Source: Eledone cirrhosa
Lineage: Eukaryota
Reading direction: 5' to 3'
NCBI GenBank assembly: GCA_964016885.1
Contig: OZ024744.1
Coordinates: 36,704,001 to 36,768,000, forward strand
DNA: 64,000 nt
The notes under the pieces: generated by a model
What the model saw: the letters and a program-made list of their open reading frames with translations, nothing else
Told to the model about the DNA's origin: nothing
Database searches by the model: none
Shown here: one piece after another, positions 13,300 to 27,478 of the stretch
Numbering within the stretch: the stretch's first letter is position 1
How the letters are laid out: every line of letters begins with the position of its first letter
Translations under genes and position numbers: made by a program

Positions 13300-14156
13300 A
13301 AGCATGGTCCATCAACACGATGTGGAGAGAATACTTTGCCGATATCCTAAACCCATCACAACAGCACCTTATGCTGCACACAAGGTTATCGTGGAGCAAA
13401 GACTAAGCTCGCAAAGGATGGGATTACTTATGTTTGCCGGGTCGCCTGGATCTCTAGAAAGACACTTAAGAAATGGCAATCGGGAGTGATAATCAGGAAT
13501 GATAATTACAATTTTCAAAAAGAGAGACAAGAGACATTATTCCAATTACAGGGGGTCTTCTTGTTAAGCTCCTCCGGTAAAGACTAAGCTAAGTGTCTGG
13601 CAAAGAGATCCAGGGAGATTGTCGCGTCCAAGCTATTTGGTGAACAGTGTGGTTTTCACTACGGACACAGTACAGCCGACTAAATATTTACACTGCGGTC
13701 AAGTATTCGAGAGTATCGTGGGAGTATTGCCAAGAAATATATTCTCGTTTTGTCGACCTTGAAAAGGCATAAGTCTGCGTTCCATGATGTATCTATAAGA
13801 ATGCCCGAGTACGTATGTTCGGATAAATGGTGCTAAATCGAAACCATTCAATGTGGGAGTCGGACTCCACCAAGGGCCCATACTGCCACCTACCCTGTTC
13901 ATTATTTACATACTATGGCCATGTGGTTAGAATATCTCAGGAAAAAATCGTTGGACAAATTTTACGGGCAAACACCAACAAACTAGAGACCCAGGGGTAG
14001 ACCCTGAGCAAGATGGTTAGATAACATCCATGAGTTTGATTTGTCTTGCTTGGGCATCCAGGAGGATCAGTTGGAGACGGTTGCCCGTGGCAGGACCCGC
14101 TGGTAGGAATGTTTGAGGACACTGCTCCCACTTTCTTGGGAAGAAGAAGAAGAAGC
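13300..14156 (+). mobile_element. Heavily decayed RTE-like LINE remnant with (GAA)n tail
   Basis: Manual translation gives NYRG..., EQCGF..GHSTAD.IFTLR, FVDLEKA-like, PFNVGVGLHQG..L.P.LFIIY and a 3' ...RGRP..RWLD. The 3' part is homologous to 42039-42335 (-). Confidence 0.65.
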
Positions 14157-14369
14157 TACCATTCTAAGGTGATTGTGAAATGTACTTTTATATTCCATTT
14201 CTTATCACCTACGAAGAAGCTGCAATCGATATTTTAGATCGGTGACTACTTCAAACATAATGTTATAAATCTGTAAGTTTTATATTATTTCTGTATATGT
14301 AATTTACTTTTGTGCAAGTTCCTTTTCGTTTTCATCATCAGTATATTCCATTATATTATAGTTCTAAAT

Positions 14370-14790
14370 TAGGGGGGTGGATTGACAGCATCAGTAGAAC
14401 GTCCGACAATATATATACAACATATTGTTACGGCCTTTTACATTCTAAGTTCAAATCCCACCAAGGTTAGCTTTGCCTTTTATCCTTACGGGATCGATAA
14501 AATAAAGTACCAGTAATTCCCTGGGGTCCATTTAATCGACTTTGCTCCCTACTGCAAATTGCTGGTCTTGTGTCTAAAGCAGAAATAATTATATTATAGT
14601 TCTAAATTAGAGCGGTAGATATACGGTATCGGTAGAACGTCGGACAATATGATTTGCGGCATAGAATTACATCCCTTTACGTTCTGATTTGAAATCTCGC
14701 CGAGGTTAGCTTGTGGGATCGATAAAATAAAGTACCAGTACCTCACCTCACAATTGTAGGCCTTCCGCCTAAAGCAGAAATCATTACATT
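14370..14790 (+). mobile_element. Two tandem tRNA-derived SINE copies (14370-14590, 14608-14785)
   Basis: A-box-like head, GTTCAAATCC B-box, core GCCTTT(C)ATCCTTACGGG.TCGATAAAATAAAGTACCAG and tail CTTGTG...AGAAA.ATTA. Homologous to 27262-27448. Confidence 0.8.
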
Positions 14791-15399
14791 ATACTTCTAA
14801 ATCTAAATAAATTCTATGTTGTTGATCTCGTTTCGAAATGATTTTGTACAAAAGACATATTTTATATACTTTTGTCAGCGATTTTTATTATAATTACTGA
14901 TACATATATACTAATTATACATCTCCTTTGCTTCTTATCTTTACATGTTTTTATACAAATTTCCATATATGTTAATGTGCAATTTGTCCATTAAATAAAT
15001 TTATATTTGCATTCTGATTTGCGTCGTCAAAATATATCTTTAGCTAACTGCGGATATTAGATACATCACTAGAATGTTTTTTTTACAAAATAAAATTCGA
15101 AATTGATTTTCTGATGTTTTTGGTTACTTCCGTTATAACCTGTTATTATATCCATACATTACCGGTTTCTGTATATTCATTAAAAATGTTCCCTGCTATA
15201 TATATCTACTTTCCGTCTGAAGAATGATACTCTTATGTTAGTTATTTCAAACGTTCAAATAGTAAAAGAACCAGCTTCTACCATCAGAGGTTTATAGAAC
15301 GTAATATATATTGATTTCAATGTTTATGACACATATTTAATTTGAAGTAGACTTTTGGGTTCGGAGTGGTACATTCTGAACATAGTATCAGACATGTCA

Positions 15400-15690
15400 A
15401 CTCTCCCGGTCCGACGAGAGATCTCACATCCACCTCAATGCGATGATAATGAACAGAGATAAAGAAAGAAAATATTTTCATGATCAGTTTTACCCTGTTT
15501 TAAGTGGAAATAACGATTACAGACCTGTCAGATCTCCCACCCACTTTCGAGTGGCTGAGAGATGTCTAATCTTGGGAAGTTGGGTATAACTTTCATTATG
15601 TAACATCTCCCAATTTTGCCTAATTTCTCCCCATTTTGGAGACTTCTTTTCATGGTACTCCCTGTTTGGGTTTTTAGAGGTTTGTAGTAT
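15400..15690. repeat. Dispersed repeat; diverged inverted copy at ~44245-44515
   Basis: Shared blocks such as gatctcccacccact..gagtggctgagagatgtct and acttcttttcatggta match the reverse complement of 44270-44400. Confidence 0.7.
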
Positions 15691-16094
15691 CCCACAGAAT
15701 TAAATCAGTTTTATCGCTTTACGTTACATTTAATTGGGAATTAATTTTATTAGTATCGGAAGGATAAAAGTCAATCAGGATATAAATCGAACTCTAGTGG
15801 TTGATTGTATAACATCTTATTGAGCCTGTTAGAACGAAGGGGAAATCTGACCTCGGGATTTACACTCAGCGTAAAAACTCATAACTAAATAAAACAAGCT
15901 TTTTCTTTTCTATATTCAGTTTCTGTGAACCAATCATTCCGTCTTTTTAGACGTAAGGGTATTTATTATTTGACAGAGATTTGAATGTTATATTTACCAG
16001 ATCTATGACACACATATGGAAATTTAAAAGGTCACAGCAATCCAACATAAGTAAATTCTTCTTATTATTATTAATTCTTCTTATTATTATTATT

Positions 16095-19000
16095 GGTCTG
16101 TTCGGACGTCTTTTTGCTCACACCCAGTAAGTCACTTTATTTACCTGTTATAATTATTTGTTGTTTAATTGTTCTTGTTGTATAAGGGATATAAGCCCTT
16201 GGTCTTTGCCCTGTGAAGGGGAAATATAATATTTGGGCCTTTTAGCCCAAATATTTGAACAATATTTGAACATTTTACTTTTAAAATAAAAAGAAAAACA
16301 TGGCTGAACCCCCCCCCCCCCAGCAATATGTCTGCTGTCGTGTGACAACGGCGTAAAAGATGAGAAGGGTTACAAAAATTAATACAACAAACACCACCAC
16401 AAACAACGTGAACAAAGACAACAACAATGAGAACATTAATTTCAAAAACATTACCACAACAACTACAACAATAACAGCGACAACCAAAATACAGACGACA
16501 GAAAAAAATGCCAACACTGAAAATATAATTAATAGCAATGGCAATTATTTAGATTTGTCACATACAAACATGGATTTCCCGCCATTACCAATGTCTACAG
16601 GTGTTAAAGCCGCCATCCCCACCATCACAATGTCAAAAAGAACAACCAACACCACTGATACCACCACCGCAGCAACAACTGAAACAAAAAATAAATTATT
16701 TTCTCGTGACATCGAAATGGATTTTCCGAAAATCGACTCTTCCACGCCGAACGCCACTGACACCACCACCACCACCACCACCACCACCACCACCACCACT
16801 ACCACCACCACCACAACTGAAGCTAAAAATAATAATAATAAAAATAACAATAACAACAACAGCAACAAGAATAAAAAAAACATCAACACCAACGCAAAAC
16901 CAAATGTGTCGTTTGCTAAAGCGGCAAACAAAAATGAAACGGTTGAGGTAAGCCAGGAAGAATTGAATGAAGCCAAGCGAATGGTAAAAAAATATGTTTA
17001 CAGGGTCAGCCCCCCCAGCTCATACCATGGAGCATTGGCGCTTATGCACTGTCATATCGGACGATAAATATTAAAACGCGCCGAGTGAACGGACATCCGA
17101 GTCCCAGATACAAAAAGCTTTGGGACATGCGTGGGCTCAAAAAACCCACATGAGGCGTGGGCAAACATATGGAACCCTGGGCGTATTTTTGGGAACCCCA
17201 CAGAAATCCAGAGAGCACTCCATGGCCCCATTAAAAAGTGACTTGTTCACACTCGTCCCAAGCTATTGTAGTCAGAGGCTGGTAAGGATCAGGGTGACCC
17301 AGGTTCCGCCGGCCATTAAAATTCCATGGCTAATGGCTACCGTTCTCGCCGAGATCGAGGCCGACACTAAAGTAATTGACGTGATACAAGTAAAGCAGAA
17401 GAACTGGTCCGGATCTGGGATGGAGCTTCTGATTCAAGGGGACCAAAAAAACATAGAGGAAATACCAGAGGTGATAGAACTCAATGACGGCAGCCACCTC
17501 ACCGTAATTGTTGAGGGTAGAATACCTAGCTGTGTAGTTTGTGGCGAAGGAACTCTCCTAAAGGCTTTCTGCCTTCAGGTTAAAAAGTTGAGACCACCTC
17601 TCCTACCCACTCCAGTGACTCAACCATCAAAACCAGCAACAGTAATGGCAGCCACAACTGTAGCAGAAACAACTGTAGCAGCAACAGAAGCAACTGTAGC
17701 AGCAACAGTAGAAAAACCAACACCACCACCACCCACCGAGCCAGAATTAGCACCAGCGCCTCCACCATCTACCACGCCACAAACAAAACCAACGCCTGTG
17801 GAGGATTTTCCACTCTCCGACCTCTCACAACTGGAGACAGACTGTGACGACGAGGAGGAGTGGGAAACTGTATCTGGAAAAAAGGATAAAAAAAGAAACC
17901 AAAAAAAGAAAAAAATCCTCTTCCTTCGCCCCACAAAAACAAAATGTAGGGCGAAAGAAACCAACAAACTAACAACAAAGTTAAGACAGCTATGTCACCA
18001 CCCACACAAGCATCACCAGCCCCATCACCACAAACACCAACACCATCACCATCATTAACACCACCATCACCAACACCACAAAAGTCACCAACAAGCGAAA
18101 CAGAAACAAACCCACAACAAACGCAAACAAAACAAAACAACCAAAACGATACACACTACACAGCATTAAATTTGAACAACAACCAATTATTACACTACAT
18201 CTAACACAACACCAGCATCACAGAAAAAGACTATACAACACCCCCAAAATTCACACCACCCCCGCACATCCAAATCACTCGCATCACACAGAAAACATAC
18301 ATGACACTAAAATTAAAATTCCCCAAGGACATCGGAGACTTCCCACAAACACTCTCCAGGAGGATTTATAAAGACATGCTTCCGGAGGGGGCCACAAGCG
18401 GTGAGAAGGAGGGAAAAACCATCCTTCCTCCACAGGAAGTAAGGTAAGTGGTCTTTCCCATCTTTTTCCGCTCCTTTTCAACATGACCTTACTCAGAATA
18501 GGTAGCATAAATGCCACCTGCTCAACGACTTCAGGTCACTAACTAAACATAGATGTGGTGACCATCAGCGAGACTAGAATCTCCGAAGCACGAGCCTTCG
18601 ACCCGATATTCGGCGGATACGATGTATACGCATCTCCCAGCCGTCCAGAGTCAGGGGAGGAGATGTTTTTTTTTTTCGGAGAGGCTTAGATCTCGCCATA
18701 CGGGCCATCCTCCTGGACCCAGAAGGTAAGTCGGTGGTGCTGGACGTGACCGGCAGCGAAGGCAATGCTTTCAGGTTAGTAACCGTCTATGCCCCAACAG
18801 TGGCAGGACGGCCAGATTTCTTCAGACGTCTAGAGACCTTTCTTTTTAACGTTTCCACTCTTTAGTGTTAGTGGGCGACTGAAACGGTATCTTAGATGCA
18901 CGCTGGGATTATGTGGGGCTAGTAGACAGGGCAGGAGGGTGTAAAAGCCTCAATAACTTGCTCAGAAAATTTGAACTGTCTGAGAGGTATAGGCTGGATC

Positions 19001-21338
19001 ATCCGAATGTGCCAATGTGGACATGGGCAAACCGCATCGGGTCCTCCAGATTGTATTCAGATATGATATTCTGTAGGGAAACAGATAAGGCTAGCGTAGA
19101 TTGTCCACAATTTAAAGGAGTCGACCACATGGACCACAAATTTGTGATCTGTGAAGTTGACTTAGATAGACTCCATAGGCGTCTTTTCCGGCGCGCAAAG
19201 TCTACAGAGACCGGATTAGCGTGTTAGTTAAACGGGCGTTGACGGGAGCAGTCGTCAACAACAGGTGGTGGTTTGCCCTGAAAAGGGCAATTAAAGTAGA
19301 GTCGATTTGGTTTAACAAAGGAGTAGCGATAGAGTAAAATAGAGTAGAGGGAGAGCTAGTCAGAAAGCTAGAAGAGGCGTTTAGGACAGGCATCGCAACT
19401 GACGTGCTTGCGGCGAGATTGGCACTGGACCAATTCTTTAACGCAAAGCATGAAGGCTGCGTTGTCAGAGCTAGATCGCGTGCTCTGAGACACGAGGGGA
19501 CGAAGGCCGTCCAATGGGCCCTGGTGTTGGAGGCACGACGTGGCAACAAGTCCACAATTCGGTCTTTGTCTGATCAAAACGGGCGCATGATGCTCGAGGC
19601 CGAGCAGATGTGTGAGTCTTTTCAACAGCACTTTGCTCAATTGTTAGGGAGCGGCGGCGGGCCGAATCGGAGTATGGACTTCGGTGCATACCTCGATGGA
19701 CTGCCGCGGCTCTCGACGACCACAGCGCAGTGCTGCAAAAAGCCGATAACAGCAGGTGAAATATGGGAAGCGATGTCTGACTGCACGAGGAGTAAATCGC
19801 CAGGTTTGGATGGTCTCCCCTACGAGCTTTATGCGTATATGCCAGACTTGTTCGGCGACCTCTTGGCAGATGTCTACTGTAACTGGTAACAGAACGGGAG
19901 CATTCCCAGTTTTGTGAGCTGGGGAGCCGTGGTGCTGCTGAGAAAAGACCCGAACAAGGGGGACATTATAGACAACTTCAGGCCCATAACTCTGCAAAAC
20001 GGAGAGTTTAAGATTTTGGCCAAGGGTTTAGCAAAGTGATTGGCACTTGTCGTCGGTAATCTGGTGGGAGATGCGCAGCCATGCGCCATTGCGGACAGAT
20101 CCATCCACGACAACCTCCATTTCATGCGATACATCATAGAGAGCGTGGTTAAGGAACCTGGCACGGGTGGGGCCCTGATCAACTTGGATCAATCTAAAAC
20201 ATTTGATAAGGTCGATCATCGGTACCCGACAGCAGTCCTCAAGGCGGCCGGCTTCGGGCCCGGTTTTAGGGGATTGATCGCTGCGATGCACAGCAATATC
20301 TGCTCGATTGTGAGTGTGATTCGTCACATGTCGGAGCTGCAGTCCTGGATCAGGAAAAGACCGAGGGATAGCGCTTGAAAGCTGGATGGCTCCAAGCGCT
20401 CACCGCCCTCTACCAGTTGGGCACTAGTAACGGTGGAACATCCACCTCAGCCTTCTATAAAGGGCTAGTGGAGAGAAAGAGCGACGACGTTCTCGAGGAG
20501 ATCCTGTGCGTCGAAGACGATCAGCTGTTCGCTCTCTTCAAAACAACTTTCAGCCCAGGGCCTATGGACAACTTTCAGAAATCCCTAGCCTGGCATTGCT
20601 ACTGTTGAGCGTTGCCGGCTGGGGATAATCTCTACAGGCACGTAGGTGCTGTCAGCCGAGCCTGTCCGAGATGCGCGCAGTGCGACGAAACCGTCGTGCG
20701 CGCACTCGTTCAGTGCCCGAGGATTGCTGACTTGTGGAACTATGTCGAAGAGCTGCTGTCGCGTGTAGGACGGATCCGGTTATCGACTGAGTCCATTGTG
20801 CAGATAGCCCCGCCATGCTCCTTTAAAGAGGAGGAAGGGCTGGCAGTTTTTATCTGCCTGGTGGCCATGGCGAAAGAGATTGTGTGGTGGACAAGGTTGA
20901 AAGGGTTAAAGACAGACACTTTCCTCTCCGGCCAATCCCTGATTAACTTTTTCAAGTTTCACTTGAAGAGGAAAATCAGGGTGGAGAGGCAAATGCCGTC
21001 TAAGTTTGTTGAAAGGTGGGTGAAAGTGGCGAGTCTGGTCCGAGTGAACGGGGCCGCTCTGAGTATGTGTCTGTAGACTGTGGAGTGGCAAATGTGAGAG
21101 AGGGCGCTTGCCCTGGTGGTCAGGGTGGCCGTGGTCTTTTGTGTGGTTTTCGCCACATGTGACCCTCGGAGGTTTCCCCCTTTTTGGAGAATTTTTTTGT
21201 TTGATTTTTTTCTATCCCGATTTCTATCTTTTTATAACCTGTTTACACGACCAAAACCCACTTTCTATCGTCCTGTACTGTTCTTTGCCGTCTCTAATGT
21301 TTTTCTTCATGTTAGTCCTTGTGGCCAATAAAGAAACC
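16095..21338 (+). mobile_element. Tx1-clade (L1 group) LINE, copy 1; full-length ends, decayed, internal RT deletion near 20325
   Basis: Fragmented ORF1 (Thr/Asn-rich N terminus, VEGRIPSCVVC knuckle remnant). ORF2 fragments are homologous to 30920-34339 (KSPGLDGLPYE, NLDQSK.FD.VDH, CPRC..DETV). Flanked by (ATT)n. Confidence 0.9.
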
Positions 21339-21366
21339 ATTACTATTATTATTATTATTATTATTT

Positions 21367-24300
21367 GAACGCACATGTATGAAGACGCACAAGTCTGCGG
21401 GGGAAAAGGTTCGTAACATTAAGCTGTTTTAAAGTATCATTTTTTGTATTTTCTTGTCGTTAACAAAACATAAGGTACCCACCTTGGTTCCAAGGAAGGG
21501 AGACCTCTCAATATTCTGGCTTTAAGCCCGAATATTCAGATTTATTTTTAAAAACTTCGAAAATATCGCCCCCCCCCCCCCCCCCCCCCCCCCCCAAAAA
21601 ATATGGAAATTTTCGACCTTGAAACGGTAAACAACGTTCAGGTCAAAAGATTTCACCACAACTATGATTGCTACGGACATGCCTGTCGTCCACTCTACTG
21701 AATGTGAAGGCAAAACTCAAAAGCTACCATCACAACCGCTCCCTTCTGTATTAGCAGCAATATCATCTGAAAACGACATCACCACCACCACCACAACAAC
21801 AACTCAGAGCAACAACGACAATAACACGGACAGCTTCAATGTAAACATGGATGACGGTGGCAACAGCAACAACAAACAAAACAACAAGAACAACACCAAT
21901 AACAACAGCAAGAATGACACCAACAACAAGAGCAACAGAGGCACCACGTTTGCTGCAGCAGCAGCAAAAACAAAGCGCTTATTGGATATTGATATTAGCG
22001 ATAAATACGAACAGTTGGCCCAGCCGTGGACGCTAACTAAACGGGATTAGTCCTGGGCAAATCTGGCCATCCCAGACGGGGAAATAGTGGCCATGCAAAG
22101 GAGGACGGTGTAATTTCGATGTACTTCAGTGCAGACACGCAAAGGGGAACTTGCCAGCCAAGCAGAGGTCGAGGCTGCTTTGGAATGCATCGGAAGTGAC
22201 ATAGAGTATACAGCAAGAGCCAAACAGTTCGGTACCATCTCGGTACTGTTCAAAACCGAGGCCCTTGCTATTAAGCACTCGGTGACCCCCTGCAGAACGG
22301 AACGCATTATCATGCACCCGTCCTACAAGGTCCGCATTCCTAGCATCCCACCAGGAATGAACATATGGTGGCTCCTGGGATGCGAAATCGTGGAGGGGAC
22401 AGACACTACCCTCCTGGATATCATAAGGACAGAGAGAGAAGACTGGTCCGGAATGGATTTGGAGATGCTTCTCCAAATGAACCCGGAGGACATGAACAAC
22501 ATCCCGGATTTTTCCCGCCTGCAGGACGGGACAACAATCCAACTAATCACTGAGGGATGAAGACCGCACTGCTTCGTCTGCGGGGAAGCAACGCATCTGC
22601 AATCCTTCTGCCCTCAGCGTAAAAATGCAGGGGGTCGCAAACCTCCTTTGTTGCCAACGCCAGTGTCAGCACGGAAAGCAGCACCACCACCACCACCAAA
22701 AACAACACCAACAAAGACACGGACACCAACATCAAAAACAGCCGGACAACCACCAACACTGAAACCAATCCAAGGGGAAAATGAGGAAAGATCTCCCACT
22801 CACCCTACCACCCAAATTATACACATATACAAAACAATAAACGCACACACAGACACAGAGACACTCACAGCCACAGACCCTTTGTCTTACAGCAGCAAAG
22901 ATGAAGGAAAACCCAAAAGTGCAAAAAAACAGAGAATACTCAGAAAGAAAAAGCCCCAACAAAACACAAAAAATACAGACACCACTAACGTAAACACTTC
23001 CCCAATAACATCAGAACCAACAGCAACATCGCCACCACCCCACAATCCCCGAAACGCAAACAACCTAAACAAACACAAGTACAAATAAACACGCAAATAC
23101 CTGAAATTGCAGAAACCATACCTACAACAAACACAGACATACCCGAAACAACACCACTAAAACCATCACCAACAGTCACCAAAACGAAAACCACATCAAC
23201 AAAATGTTAAAAACTTGGTGCTTGTCAGAAGGGCCAACGATAAACTGATGGCCCTCTTAGTACGAAGCGAGGACATTCAAACAGAGGGGCAGATTTTTGA
23301 AATGAGCACATTTTGCGTGCCAGAAGATTTGCTTCTGGTCCGAATGTCACTCGATTCCTTCAAAGAAATTCGGGAGAGCTTTCTTCAAGACGTGGAAACT
23401 TAGAAATTGAAACCTACATCGAGACTTTTAAAGGGGATCCCAAAAGAAACCCCACCAAAAGTGGAGGTCGAACCACCCGACCTTCACAAGACTCCGGGTG
23501 GTAAGTAAACCTCCCCTCTCTCTTTTAGCTTGCCAACATGGCCATATTAAGAGTAAGAAGTTTAAATGTTCGCGGCCTGGACTCACCCTGGGAGCAGGGT
23601 CGCCTGCTCAACCACCTCAGGTCACTGGAAATGGATGTGATTGCCGTCAGCGAGACCAGAATTTCCGACACGTGCGCACTAGCCTCCATTTTCGACGATT
23701 GTCAGATCTTCGCATCTGTTAGCAGGCCGGGAATGGGAGGTGGGGTTGCAGTGCTGTTTAGGAAAGGACTGGATCTCGAGGTACGATCGATCTTCCGGGA
23801 CCCGGACGGTAAGTTGGTGGTCTTGGATGTGAGCAGTAGCGAAGGTGGTGCCTTTAGACAGGTGGCCGTCTACGCCCCTACAGGTCCGGACGACCGGACT
23901 TCTTTACGCGCCTGGAGACCTTTCTGGGTACGTCTCGCCCTTTACTGTTAGCGGGGGACTGGAACGGCATCTTAGACGCACGCTGGGATTGGGTGGGAGT
24001 AGCCGATAGGAGCGGGGGGGTGCAAAAGCCTCAAGCACCTACTCAGCCAGTTCCAACAGTCTGACAGGTATCGACTAGATTTCCCCAATGTGCCAGTATG
24101 GACATGGACCAACCGCATGGGCTCATCTAGATCGTATATAGACAGGATCTTCATTAGGAAAATAGATAGAAATAGTGTGGGCTGCCCACTTTTTAAAACG
24201 GTCGCCTATTCAGATCACAAGTTTGTGATCTGTATGGTCGACCTAAATAAGACGCGTAGGTTAGGACCTGGTTACTGGAAGTTGAACATGTCATTTCCGG

Positions 24301-27209
24301 CACGTAAGGCTTACAGGGACCGTGTCAACAAGTTAGTTAAGCAAAAGTTGATAGGGAGGATCATCAACAACAAATGGTGGGGGGGGGGGGGCTCTCAAAA
24401 GAGAGATTAGAGTAACTTCGATAGAGTTCAGCAAAGAACTAGCGTTAGAGAAAAATAGAAAGGAGGGGGAGCTGGTAGATAAGTTAGACGAGGCTATTTG
24501 TAGTGGCATTGCAACTGACGTGCTAACGGCGAGAATGGCATTAGACCATTTCTTCAATGCGAAACACGAACGTTGCATTGTCAGAGCTAAGGCGCGTGCG
24601 CTGAGAAACGAGGGAACTAAAGCTGTTCGATGGGCCCGTGTGTCGGAGTCGCACCGTGGTAATAACACCACAATTCGGTCTTTGACGGACCGAGACGGAC
24701 ACGAGATAAGCGATTCCAAGCGGATGTGTGAGGCCTTTCGCCAGCACTTTGCTCGGTTGTTCGGGGAGAGTGGCGAGTCAGAGAGAGTAGCGGACTTCAG
24801 TCCCTACCTTGACGGCTTGCCGCGCATCTCGACGGTCGACGCAGAGCGCTGCGAAAGGCCGATTACTTCAGGACGTCCTTGCAACTGCATGAGGCGCAAG
24901 TCACTCGGTTTGGATGGCCTGCCCTACGGGCTTTACGTATATATGCCAAACTTGTTCTCCGATCTCCTCGAAGCACTCTACTGCAACTGGCAGCAGAATG
25001 CGAGTATTCCCAGTTCTGTGAGCAGGGGAGTGGTGACGCTGATAAGGAAAGACGAGAACAAGAGGGACACATTAGACAATTTCAGGCCCATAACTCTGCT
25101 CAACACAGAGTTAAAGATTTTGGCCAAGGTGTTAGCAAAAAGATTGGTGCTTGTCGTCGAGGATTTGGTTGGGGAGGCGCAAACTTGCGCAATCCCAACC
25201 AGGTCCATACACGACAATGTCCACCTCATGCGATACATCAGAGAGAGGGTAGGGTGTAAATCTGGCATCGGTGGGGCACTGATCAATTTAGATCAATCGA
25301 AAGCATTCGATGGGGTCGACCATCGGTATCTGGAGTTTGTCCTCAAAGCAGCTGGCTTCGGCCCTGTCTTCAGAAGCTGGATCGCTGCAATGCACAGCGG
25401 CACACGCACGGTGGTCAAGAATAATGGAACCATTTGGGCTCCCCCGATCGGTCCGTCAAGGGTGCCCTCTCTCTTCCCTTCTGTACGTATTGAAACTCGA
25501 GCCTTTACTGCGGAAGCTGGAGCTGTTGCAGGACATCCCGCTCGAACCGGGACGTGGAAAGGCGGTGTCGGCTTATGCGGACGACATCACCGTGATGGTG
25601 TCGAACACCTCAGAAATCGAGGTGGTCGGCACCTTATTGAAGGAATATGAAAGGTTGACAGGAGCCAAACTTAACCCGGAAAAGTCGATGGGCTTGCAGC
25701 TGGGAACCTGGAGAGGCAAGCCCATGCCGTCCAACAGCGTTGTGGGGCGCTGGACGGACGGACCGGTAAAGTTGTTCGGGGTTTATTTCGGACCAGACTT
25801 CCAGGTGGAAGAGAATTGGGACGAGGTAACGAGCAGAGTAGCCAGTCTCACCCAAAAATGGGCCGGAAGGAAGTTATCACTGAATGGTCGCTCGGAGTTG
25901 GCGAATGCGTACATCGCGCCCATCATCTACTACCGCCTGACCATCGTGCCTTGCCCCCGTCCGCGCCTTGTCAAGTTGGAACGGCTGCTCTTCAAATTCT
26001 TGTGGAGGGGACAAGTTCCGTTGGTGAGGCGGTCCATCTGCTGCCAGCACCCTCTACGCGGAGGGCAGGGCATGCCGTAGCTAATGATGCGCAGACATGC
26101 TTTGAGGCTGCAACATCTCCAGATATTCTTCCTAAACGGTGAACAGGTGTGGTCGCCGTTTATCAGACGGGCCTTTCCGCAGCTCGTTTATTTGACTGTG
26201 CTGCAGTCCTGGGTCAAGAAGAGACCGAGACAGGGTGACTGGCACCTGGAATGTTGCCAGGTACTCACTGCCCTCTACGAAGAGGGCAATGTGATCAGTG
26301 GAACTTCCACTCTTGAGTAGTGGTGGGCAAGTGCGATGACGCACTCGGAGAAGCTTTGGGCCTCGACGAAGTCGAACTGACCAGTCTGTACCGGAGGACT
26401 TTTGAGCCGGGGACGATGGACAATTTCCAGAAATCCCTCGCTTGGCAGAGCTACCCGGGGGCACTGCCGGTTCTACAGGCACGGAAGTGCTGTCAGACGG
26501 ACCTGCCCAAGATGTGCACAGAACGACGAAACCGTTCTGAACGTACTTGTCCAATGTCCGCGCATTACTGACTTGTTGAGTTATGTCGAACAGCTACTGT
26601 CGCGTGTGGAACGAATCCGGCTATCGGCTGAGTCCATAGCGAAGATCGATCCACCGCCTTCCTTAGGTCAGGAAGAGCAGGAAATTTTTCTCTGTCTGGT
26701 GGAATTTGCGAAAGAGGTTATGGTGGACCAGGTTAAAAGGACTGAAGACAGACACTTTTCTCTTCGGCCAATCCCTCATCAACTTCTTCAAGTTTCACCT
26801 GGAAAGGAAGGTGGGGGTGGAGAGAGAAGTGCTGCCCCCCCCCCCCCCCCCCACAGTACATTTGCTAAAAAGTGGGTGAATGTGGTGAGAATGGCTCGTG
26901 TGAATAGGCCTACTCTGACTATGTGCCTATAGGCTAGCTAACTTGAGGAGAGGGGTGCTCTCCCTAGGTGCCCTAGAAGCGCAGGGTGGTTCAGGATTGG
27001 TGGGGTATCCGAGTCACCGCAGGGTCGTCCACCCCCTAACGGGGAATTTATTTTCTTATATTTATGTATAGTTTACTTTATATTTTTATATTTTCATTGT
27101 TAAATTAGTCTTGCCATTGTGCACTTTTACTCTACCTTATTTTAAACCCCCACTGTCCCTGTCTTTGTATTGTCCCCTACATGTCGGCTCTTGTGGTTTA
27201 TAAATGAAA

Positions 27210-27211
<2 letters not shown>
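21367..27211 (+). mobile_element. Tx1-clade LINE, copy 2 (a different subfamily), decayed
   Basis: ORF1 fragments include a CFVC knuckle remnant. ORF2 starts at 23538 (MAILRVRSLNVRGL) and contains YIDRIF, SDH, FRPITLLN, QGCPLS, AYADD and CPRC. Multiple frameshifts; flanked by (ATT)n. Confidence 0.9.
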
Positions 27212-27261
<50 letters not shown>

Positions 27262-27262
<1 letters not shown>

Positions 27263-27448
27263 AGGGCGGTGGATTGGCAGTATCGGTAGAGGGTCGGACG
27301 CCATGCTTTCCAGCATAGTTACGTCCCTTTATGATCTGAGTTCAAATCCCGCCGAGGTTGACTTTGCCTTTCATCCTTACGGGGTCGATAAAATAAAGTA
27401 CCAGTAATGCACTGGGTAATTGCTGGCCTTGTGCCAAATGTAGAAACA
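27262..27448 (+). mobile_element. tRNA-derived SINE with Meta-domain-like core and (ATT)n tail
   Basis: A box TGGCAGTATCGG, B box GAGTTCAAATCC and core CCGAGGTTGACTTTGCCTTTCATCCTTACGGGGTCGATAAAATAAAGTACCAG. The Meta-domain resemblance is from memory. An identical copy lies at 34650-34836. Confidence 0.85.
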
Positions 27449-27478
27449 ATTATTATTATTATTATTATTGTTGTTATT

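Noticed and set aside
14350-14802. Repeat-spacer pattern resembling a CRISPR array
   Set aside because: The context is eukaryotic and the 'spacers' are homologous SINE copies.
15216-15260. Further HHR-like remnants (CTGAAGA...CAAACGTT here; also ~6495-6536, ~8960, ~45840-45910, ~60200-60230)
   Set aside because: Core or stems are too degenerate to call, although they may be decayed PLE ends.
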